A stretch of DNA of 50,819 nt from Candidatus Bathyarchaeota archaeon (lineage in GTDB: Archaea; Thermoproteota; Bathyarchaeia; Bathyarchaeales; Bathycorpusculaceae): the NCBI GenBank assembly GCA_003133625.1, contig PKYH01000027.1:15266-66084 (forward strand). The letters are read 5' to 3'. Both the position numbers and the translations under genes were made by a program. Each line of letters begins with the position of its first letter. The first letter of the stretch is position 1. This document shows, piece by piece, positions 44,179 to 50,819 of the stretch. The notes below the pieces were generated by a model. That model saw nothing but the letters and a program-made list of their open reading frames with translations, was not told the origin of the DNA and searched no databases.

Positions 44179-44675
44179 AAGGCTAATGAGCTCTCTTTCC
44201 ACATTTGGAGCAGCCGTTCGCATTCTTCTTTTACGTTTTTGTCGCCGCTTTTATCTCTAAGAACCTGCAGGAACTCGACGCGTTTTGCAACTGAGCGTTT
44301 TTCTGCGTTGCCGCCATAGTAGAGTTCGCCCTCTATGTACTCTTTCATGTGGTAGGCTTTTTGGATGAGTAGGCTGGCGGCGTCAACTGGGTTTTCTACA
44401 GCGAACTTGTTTGCCCAGATGGCTACTTCTGTTTCGCGCAATTGAGTTATGCCGTCGATTTCCATTATTTTCCTTATGTAGACTCTTAAAAACTCAAAAT
44501 AGCCTGCTGTTTTGATTAGTTCAAGGGCATGGTTGACTTTTTCTTTAAAATCTGGTGAGCCCTCAATTGTTAGGTTGTGTTTGTAGCCTTCATCGATTAG
44601 TGCTTTAGCGGTTTTTACTTCTTCAGTCGTGTAAACTCTTTCTGGAAACTCTTTCAAATGAAAACTAAACTCCAA
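44175..44675 (-). CDS. hypothetical protein
   Basis: 166-aa helical ORF. Convergent with the previous gene, overlapping it by 4 nt. No family recognised. Confidence 0.5.
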   Translation of the reverse strand: MEFSFHLKEFPERVYTTEEVKTAKALIDEGYKHNLTIEGSPDFKEKVNHALELIKTAGYFEFLRVYIRKIMEIDGITQLRETEVAIWANKFAVENPVDAASLLIQKAYHMKEYIEGELYYGGNAEKRSVAKRVEFLQVLRDKSGDKNVKEECERLLQMWKESSLAF

Positions 44676-44720
44676 ATCTATACAAGATTAGAATAAATAA
44701 ATAATTGGTCGTGGAGCAAT

Positions 44721-45062
44721 CTAGCTTGCTGTAGGCTTGTAGATTTTGATGTTGTGGCTTCCGGAGACAAGCTGCACTGCACCATTCGCTTCCAGTTGTT
44801 CTAAGAAGTCTTTTGCTGTGCTAATTCGAATGTTAAACCTTGTTGATACAGCGTACGGTGTAAGAACGTTCATTTTCTTTACTTCACTGACGATTTTTTC
44901 GTTCTTGGCGTCTGGAGGCATTATTCCGACAGTTCTTCTTTCTTTTGACATTCCAGCTTTCTCTTTCTTCTTCTCTTTCGATTTGTCTTCGTCTTCCTTA
45001 ACCTGCTGCTTTTCCATCTGCTTTATGCCGAGCTTCTTTTTCCCACCCATAATTTTTTTCAC
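44721..45062 (-). CDS. rps25e: 30S ribosomal protein S25e (eS25)
   Basis: Lys/Glu-rich N-terminus followed by a winged-helix part: VLTPYAVSTRFNIRISTAKDFLEQLEANGAV. Confidence 0.8.
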   Translation of the reverse strand: MKKIMGGKKKLGIKQMEKQQVKEDEDKSKEKKKEKAGMSKERRTVGIMPPDAKNEKIVSEVKKMNVLTPYAVSTRFNIRISTAKDFLEQLEANGAVQLVSGSHNIKIYKPTAS

Positions 45063-45088
45063 CTTGCTATTTTTTTTGTTCTCAACAC

Positions 45089-46597
45089 CTAGAATGGCTG
45101 GCTTATTTCAACTTTATGTTTGTCCTTCCACTCTTTGATTGGAACGCCAAGTTTCTTTTCAACTTCAGTCCTATGGATGGAGTTCATGGTGCAGAATGGA
45201 ATTATGCGTCCATCTGGAACGGCATAGTGAATTAGGCAGCGTTGTACTCTTTCAAGGTCAAAGTTGTATGGGTCCATGAAATGCATGGCTGAAAGCAGAA
45301 TTGCATGTCTTTGTAGGTCGCCGAGGGATTTGTAGTCGCCGCTTGTGATTACGCCTAGAACGTATTTTCTTAGGAAACCGAATTTTATGTGGCGCATTGA
45401 ACTGACTAAGCGTAGTTTAGCCTTAGTCTTGCTTCCTTTCGCTGCGTCCTCGTAGACTTTGTTCATTACGCTGATAAATTTGTCTATGTTTCCGTACTTT
45501 GTAATTGGAATAATTTTACCGTTTTCAACTAAAAGGTATGTTGCCATACCGCAGTGCGGATGCGCCGTGAATTCTAAATATCGCCTGTCTTTTAGTGCGC
45601 CGACGGCTTTTGAAACTGGCACCACCGTGGGCACTGGGTAGAAGTCTGATACTTTTATTGTTCCGTTTGTTTGTTCTTCAACTTTTTTCATGAAGTCTGG
45701 GATTGTAATGCGCATGTTTTCGCGTTGTTTTTGTGGCAATCTCCCACAGAGGCTGACTGGTTGAACGTTTATGCATCTCACCACATCGAAGTTTTTGACA
45801 GCAAAATTGATTATGTCGCCAAGTTGGTGATCATTGACACCTTTCACCAATGTTACAACTAGAACTACACTGTCTATTCCTGCTTGACGAAGGTTTTCGA
45901 TAGCCTTCATTTTTATGTCAAGTAGGTCTACTCCGCGAATGAACTTGTAAACATCAGGGGTTAACCCGTCGAACTGCAGGTAAACGGTGCTTACGCCTGC
46001 TGCTTTGAGGTCTCGGCAGTAATCTACGCTTTGCGAGAGTCGAAGACCATTCGTATTAATCTCCACGTGGCTGAAGCCAAGCTCTTTTGCCTTTCGAACA
46101 AAGTCGAAGAGGTCCTTGCGTATTGTTGGTTCTCCACCAGAAAACTGCAGAGCTGTGGCTGGCACTGGCTTGTTGGCTCGAAGGTTCTCTAGCATTCCAG
46201 TAATTTGCTCTTTAGTGGGTTCGTAAACGTATCCTGCAGCCGCAGCATTAGCAAAGCAAACCGGGCAAGTAAGGTTGCACCTGTTTGTGACGTCGATTAT
46301 TGCAAGGGCAGTGTGAGATTTGTGTTCTGGGCAAATGCCGCAGTCGTACGGGCAACCGTTCTTTTTCTCGGTTCGAGGGTTACTTATTCCCTCGCCATCA
46401 TAGCGGAATTTTTCTGCCCGCATGTATTGGTCGTAATCTGACCAGTAAATTTCCTGGAAAGCCCCATGCTCAGGGCACTCTTTTTTAATGAAGACTTTGC
46501 CTTCATCTTCAAAAATGGTTGCGTCTATAGCCTTTAGGCATTCAGGACAAATGCTTCTCGTGGTTTTGATATCCTTCATACTTTTGCCTTCTAACAT
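45089..46597 (-). CDS. radical SAM protein, tetraether lipid synthase (Tes / GDGT-MAS, MJ0619-like) candidate
   Basis: N-terminal zinc ribbon CPEC...CPEHG. Extra Cys cluster CPYDCGICPEH. Radical SAM CNLTCPVC (Cx3Cx2C). About 500 aa, the same architecture as MJ0619-type enzymes. Confidence 0.7.
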   Translation of the reverse strand: MLEGKSMKDIKTTRSICPECLKAIDATIFEDEGKVFIKKECPEHGAFQEIYWSDYDQYMRAEKFRYDGEGISNPRTEKKNGCPYDCGICPEHKSHTALAIIDVTNRCNLTCPVCFANAAAAGYVYEPTKEQITGMLENLRANKPVPATALQFSGGEPTIRKDLFDFVRKAKELGFSHVEINTNGLRLSQSVDYCRDLKAAGVSTVYLQFDGLTPDVYKFIRGVDLLDIKMKAIENLRQAGIDSVVLVVTLVKGVNDHQLGDIINFAVKNFDVVRCINVQPVSLCGRLPQKQRENMRITIPDFMKKVEEQTNGTIKVSDFYPVPTVVPVSKAVGALKDRRYLEFTAHPHCGMATYLLVENGKIIPITKYGNIDKFISVMNKVYEDAAKGSKTKAKLRLVSSMRHIKFGFLRKYVLGVITSGDYKSLGDLQRHAILLSAMHFMDPYNFDLERVQRCLIHYAVPDGRIIPFCTMNSIHRTEVEKKLGVPIKEWKDKHKVEISQPF

Positions 46598-46675
46598 CTA
46601 CGCTTTCGAAGTGCTTAAGAGCCATTGATGATAATAAGGTTTCCAAACGTTTCCTAAGGTGATTGAGGGGAAAGA

Positions 46676-47431
46676 GTGTCCATTAACGAGAACACGCGAA
46701 ATGCTTTGCGAGAAATGGGCTTGAACGCCTACGAAATTGACGCTTACATAGTGTTGCTGGAAGGTGGGCAAATGACGGCTATGGAGATAAGCCAGGAAGC
46801 TAAAGTGCCCTACAGCAAAATGTATGAGGTTCTCAACTCGCTTAAAGAAAAGGGCTGGATTAAAAGTAGCGAAAGTCGTCCATTCAAATATTACCCAGTG
46901 CCACCGCTCGAAGCAACAAGGTTCACGAAGCTGCGGTTGGAAGACAAATACTTGAACTGGGAAAACACTGTTGCCGAAGCGCTTCAGCCCTTGTACGAAA
47001 AACGCGAACTCGTTGAGCGACCAGACATGCTGATCTTGCGTGGTCAACAAGCCGTCTTAACTAAACTTGAAGAAGTCCTCAAAAAAGCCACAATGGAAAT
47101 CGTGATTGCAGCACCAGAATTCGCTAAACCAGTAATCGCCATGGCTGAACCGTTGCTGGGCAGCGGGGGCTTGAAGAAAACGGTCAAGGTTAAACTGATG
47201 GCGGCTGGAAAAAAGGAAGACTGGCTCTTCATAAAAAAATACCCTGGCTTAAACGAGCTGCGAATTAGAGACCACATGTTCGGTGGCGGCATAATTGCTG
47301 ACGGCAAAGAAGCCATGCTACTCCTAGGCGAGGACAAGCCAAGCCTCGTTATATGGAGCAACCACGTGGGCTTAGTCGGTTTTGCACGAGAGTACTTCCA
47401 ATTCCTATGGGACTCATCAGCAACCGCTTAA
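46676..47431 (+). CDS. TrmB-family transcriptional regulator
   Basis: N-terminal wHTH LREMGLNAYEIDAYIVLLEGGQMTAMEISQEAKVPYSKMYEVLNSLKEKGWI plus a C-terminal effector-type domain. Confidence 0.8.
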   Translation: MSINENTRNALREMGLNAYEIDAYIVLLEGGQMTAMEISQEAKVPYSKMYEVLNSLKEKGWIKSSESRPFKYYPVPPLEATRFTKLRLEDKYLNWENTVAEALQPLYEKRELVERPDMLILRGQQAVLTKLEEVLKKATMEIVIAAPEFAKPVIAMAEPLLGSGGLKKTVKVKLMAAGKKEDWLFIKKYPGLNELRIRDHMFGGGIIADGKEAMLLLGEDKPSLVIWSNHVGLVGFAREYFQFLWDSSATA

Positions 47432-47582
47432 AAAAAACCGTTCCATTTTCGACGCAAAAAGAACCTAAACTCTTATCATGCCAAAAATTGCTTCATATAA
47501 GAGAGGCAAGTTCCTTCCGAGCCATAGAACGCAAATAACTTTAACAAAAAAGAAGAAAGGGAGAACTTGAGTTATTAGGTTA

Positions 47583-47804
47583 CTATTTTCCCATGACTTT
47601 TCTAGCGGCGATCTCAATATCTTCCGCTTTGATTGTTTTTCTTCCAGCATGCATCGCAAAATCAAGTGCTTCTTTAGCAATCTTAACGCCAATGTCTTCA
47701 AGTGCCTTTGCAAGTTCCTTTGCTGCTGCCTCACTTACTCTGTCAGCGCCAGCTTTCTTACATAACCTGTGCATGGGAGCTACAGCTATTTCTAATTCAG
47801 TCAT
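47583..47804 (-). CDS. archaeal histone (HMf family)
   Basis: 73-aa histone fold: [62 protein letters not shown]. Confidence 0.9.
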   Translation of the reverse strand: [73 protein letters not shown]

Positions 47805-47933
47805 AACGACATCTCTATAGCTTCTTTTTCTTTTTAAAGCAATATTTAACCTTTGTTATCGCTTTTTCCTCTAAATTACCGTTAACATCAAACTTGCCAT
47901 GCTAAACAAAGAAAATTATAAAAACAATCAACC

Positions 47934-48728
47934 ATGAATATAGCGCTGAGAAAAATGAAACTAATAGACGCCCATATCCACCTCTCCGACGCAGAATACA
48001 CCGGCCACATTGATGAACTGATAGCGGACGCAAAAAACGCAGGCATAACAGCGCTTGTAACAAATTCAATGGACTTAAAAACATGCCAAAACGACATTAA
48101 ACTATCAGAAAAATACCCAGACTTAGTTTACCCCGCTTTAGGAATTCACCCATGGAACGTAAACGTTCTCAAAGAAAACGAACTTGAAGAAACAATCAAT
48201 TTCATTCAAAAACAAAAAAACATCGTCAAAGCAATAGGCGAAATCGGCTTAGACTACAAGTATGAAACCATATGGGAAAAGCAAACGATGGTTTTCGATA
48301 AAATGCTTCACCTTGCCGAAACGCTGGGTCTTCCCGTAATTATTCATTCGCGCGGAACAACAGACAAAATCGTAGAGATGCTTCCCTCATACACTCTCAA
48401 GCGAGTGCTGCTGCACTGGTTTAGTCACCCAATGAGCGCACTATACAAGGCAATAGACAACGGCTACTTTATCACTGAAGGCCCACCTGTAACTTACTCT
48501 AACGGCATCCGCGAAGTCGTGGAAAAAGTGCCACTGACAAACTTGTTAACAGAAACCGATGGCCCAGTAACATATTGGAAGCAACCCTATAATGGACAAT
48601 TAACCAAGCCATCGTTCATACGCAATGTAGTTGAAGCAGTGGCTGAAATCAAGAAAATGCAAGTTGACGACGTTGCACAACAAATAACCAAAAACTTCGA
48701 GGGCTTCTTTAACGTAAAACTAAACTAA
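47934..48728 (+). CDS. tatD: TatD-family metal-dependent hydrolase
   Basis: IDAHIHLSD, GEIGLDY, IIHSR, LHWFS and ETDGP motifs. Confidence 0.85.
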   Translation: MNIALRKMKLIDAHIHLSDAEYTGHIDELIADAKNAGITALVTNSMDLKTCQNDIKLSEKYPDLVYPALGIHPWNVNVLKENELEETINFIQKQKNIVKAIGEIGLDYKYETIWEKQTMVFDKMLHLAETLGLPVIIHSRGTTDKIVEMLPSYTLKRVLLHWFSHPMSALYKAIDNGYFITEGPPVTYSNGIREVVEKVPLTNLLTETDGPVTYWKQPYNGQLTKPSFIRNVVEAVAEIKKMQVDDVAQQITKNFEGFFNVKLN

Positions 48729-48887
48729 CCGTTTACTTTACCCTTAAAAGTTTACTTTACGATTCATCGGTCAGTTAATTCGCGCTATAAGGCGTAAACT
48801 TAAATTAAGCCTATCATCTATTGAGAGTTGCTCCTACGCTTCCAAGCGTCGGAGAACTAAAAACCGTTAATATCGAGGAATTTATAC

Positions 48888-49124
48888 TTGGGAAAAGTAA
48901 AGACTGAACAAATTAAACGAGTCGGCAAAGAACTAATGGCACGTTTTCCAAATAAATTCACCAGCAACTTTGACGAGAACAAGCGTTTAGTTGACTCTTT
49001 AACGCAAGGAACAACCACACGAGTAAGAAATCAGATTGCTGGATATATAACGCGTAAGCTATCATTAGCTCAAGACAGCTCTTCAACTGAACCTGATGTT
49101 AGCGAAGAAGAAGCATCAGAATAA
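48888..49124 (+). CDS. rps17e: 30S ribosomal protein S17e (eS17)
   Basis: (M)GKVKTEQIKRVGKELMARFPNKFTSNFDENK is typical of eS17. TTG start. Confidence 0.9.
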   Translation: MGKVKTEQIKRVGKELMARFPNKFTSNFDENKRLVDSLTQGTTTRVRNQIAGYITRKLSLAQDSSSTEPDVSEEEASE

Positions 49125-49152
49125 ACAAGTAATTTTAGGAAAAGAATCCCGC

Positions 49153-49530
49153 ATGATGGATGAGTACAGGAAAGGATGGGCACTAAGGTACCTTCGTGAG
49201 GCAAAAGCCGAATTGGAAGCAGCGCGAAAAATACCTTATATGGCACCTGGTTTAGTTTTGGAAGCAATCAGAAAAGCAAGAAACGCCATATATTACAGTC
49301 TGGGCGAGCCTGCGTTTATAGAAATACTTATACGAGAAGAAGTCATGAAAAACCCAACTACGAATGATTCACTTTTACGGTTTCTAATAGAAATCGAAAG
49401 CATCATACAACAAATATCACAATTAGAAGAAGTAAACGGCGAAGCAATGATGAAGCAGGCAGATTCAATCGTTGAAATAGCAACCGACATCGTCGAAACA
49501 TTAACAGAAGAAAGATTCCAAAACTTTTAA
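49153..49530 (+). CDS. hypothetical helical protein
   Basis: ATG 49153 (MMDEYRKGW...) avoids overlap with rps17e. 125 aa, helical, no named motif. Confidence 0.5.
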   Translation: MMDEYRKGWALRYLREAKAELEAARKIPYMAPGLVLEAIRKARNAIYYSLGEPAFIEILIREEVMKNPTTNDSLLRFLIEIESIIQQISQLEEVNGEAMMKQADSIVEIATDIVETLTEERFQNF

Positions 49531-49606
49531 GCTCGCAATCAAAAAAGTGCAAAACAATTTTAACATAAAGGAATAATTCTATAAATATAGTGAGCGCAGA
49601 AAACAA

Positions 49607-49891
49607 ATGACACTTACAATAAAATTCATCGGTGCACTACGCCACTTATCAGGCAAAACGCAATTGACCATTAACTTCCAAGAAGGAATGTCACTAAAAG
49701 AATTAGTAACAAAAATCAGCCAACAAATGCCGAAGTTAGAAAAAACCTTCAGCGACCAACAACTCAACGATTCACGATCAAATGCGCTGACACTCATAAA
49801 TGGCAGAGAAATCAGCGTTTTAAACGGTTTGGAAACTAAATTGAACGATGGAGACGAAATCGTCTTTGTCCCAGTTGTTCACGGCGGTTAA
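49607..49891 (+). CDS. MoaD/ThiS-family ubiquitin-like small protein (SAMP-like), C-terminal Gly-Gly
   Basis: 94 aa ending DGDEIVFVPVVHGG*. Beta-grasp-like pattern. Confidence 0.75.
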   Translation: MTLTIKFIGALRHLSGKTQLTINFQEGMSLKELVTKISQQMPKLEKTFSDQQLNDSRSNALTLINGREISVLNGLETKLNDGDEIVFVPVVHGG

Positions 49892-49897
49892 CCTAAA

Positions 49898-50674
49898 ATG
49901 ATAACTTTGACTAGTGACTTTGGGCTAAAAGACCCTTATGTAACAGAGATGAAAGGGGTGATTTTAACCATAAACCCAAAAGCCACATTAATCGACATAA
50001 CACATGATATTGAAAAATTTAACATTCGAATGGCCGCTTTCATGTTGGCTTCGGCTGCGCCATACTTTCCAGAAGGCACCGTTCACTTGGCTGTTGTGGA
50101 CCCAGGCGTCGGCACCCAAAGACGCGCTATATTAATACAGACTAAGAAGGGTTTTTTTGTTGGGCCTGATAACGGCATTTTGATTTTAGCCGCCCAAAGC
50201 CAAGGCATAGAACACGTATACCAACTTACAAATCCCAAGTTTATGCTGCCTAAAATTTCCAGCACATTTCACGGCAGAGACATTTTTGCGCCTGCAGCAG
50301 CCCACTTAGAGAAAGGAGTACAACCCATCGAATTTGGACCAGAAATAAACGACCCAATCAAACCTGAATTCGCCAAAGTCAAACGAGGAAACAACTCTCT
50401 AATCGGCGAAGTCATGCACATAGATGGCTTTGGCAACATAATCACAAACATAAACGAGAAAATGGTCCAAAACTACGCTAAAAAAGTCAACGTAGAATTG
50501 CCCAGCATTTCGCTAAAACTTACGTTCGGCAAAGCCTATGCCCAAGCGAAACCTAAAGAACCCATAGTCCTAATAGGAAGCCATGGTTTTATGGAAATAG
50601 CCCTAAATCAAGGCAGCGCAGCGGAAAAATTCCATGCGAAAGCTGGAGATAAAATCGCAGTTACAGTTGCTTAA
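49898..50674 (+). CDS. S-adenosyl-L-methionine hydrolase (adenosine-forming) / DUF62 family
   Basis: ITLTSDFGLKDPYVTEMKGVI at the N-terminus, VVDPGVG, HGRDIFAP and DGFGN motifs. Confidence 0.8.
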   Translation: MITLTSDFGLKDPYVTEMKGVILTINPKATLIDITHDIEKFNIRMAAFMLASAAPYFPEGTVHLAVVDPGVGTQRRAILIQTKKGFFVGPDNGILILAAQSQGIEHVYQLTNPKFMLPKISSTFHGRDIFAPAAAHLEKGVQPIEFGPEINDPIKPEFAKVKRGNNSLIGEVMHIDGFGNIITNINEKMVQNYAKKVNVELPSISLKLTFGKAYAQAKPKEPIVLIGSHGFMEIALNQGSAAEKFHAKAGDKIAVTVA

Positions 50675-50819
50675 CAGGCAAAGCGGCAAAGTGATAGTTT
50701 CTCAAACTATCTACAACTTTTTCTATCACATCAACGGGATTCTCTAATTCTGCAAGCTCGCTATGCACATCAAATCTCTTACCAAGATACTTCTTCGCAT
50801 ACCCCAGCACTCCTCGCTC
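50661..50819 (-). CDS. 3' end of an unidentified gene entering from the right edge
   Basis: The open reverse frame from the window edge reads ERGVLGYAKKYLGKRFDVHSELAELENPVDVIEKVVDSLRNYHFAALPVKQL*. It overlaps the previous gene's end by 14 nt. Product unknown. Confidence 0.3.
   Translation of the reverse strand, partial: ERGVLGYAKKYLGKRFDVHSELAELENPVDVIEKVVDSLRNYHFAALPVKQL

Overview
This window is an archaeal chromosomal fragment. The markers are thermosome, class I LysRS, SerRS, ribosomal proteins eS1, eS17, eS25 and eS26, Alba, an HMf-type histone, RpoK, CofD, and a tetraether-synthase-like radical SAM enzyme. Together they suggest a TACK/Thermoproteota-like lineage, possibly Bathyarchaeia-like, but that assignment is an inference. 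Both flanks (1-11.6 kb and 25-50.8 kb) are densely packed housekeeping and metabolic genes.

The main feature is a roughly 12.9-kb integrated mobile element at 11991-24939. It is bounded by a perfect 39-bp direct repeat equal to the 5' half of an adjacent tRNA-Arg(GCG). It carries an SSV-type integrase whose reading frame is split by the integration: a 23-codon N-terminal stub sits at attL and the catalytic body at attR.

The cargo is accessory and defence-like:
- a HEPN-motif protein;
- a membrane-anchored NosD-like beta-helix surface protein;
- a cytoplasmic trypsin-like protease;
- an orphan 416-aa protein next to an iteron-like TTGAGAA cluster (candidate Rep/ori);
- a nucleoside-2-deoxyribosyltransferase/TIR-like protein, divergent from an AbrB-like regulator that has a triple 11-mer operator;
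- a DUF4365-like nuclease-TPR protein with a small zinc-ribbon partner;
- a relic of a second integrase;
- a convergent type II R-M pair.

Outside the element there are two other notable points. An rpoK homologue missed by the ORF track has no canonical start codon and lies in frame directly after the thermosome stop. A five-gene cluster encodes an FAD oxidoreductase, a zinc-ribbon protein, a coiled-coil protein, an SPFH (YdjI-like) protein and a small membrane protein.

No CRISPR array or rRNA was seen. All family assignments rest on motifs read by eye and need profile or structure searches.
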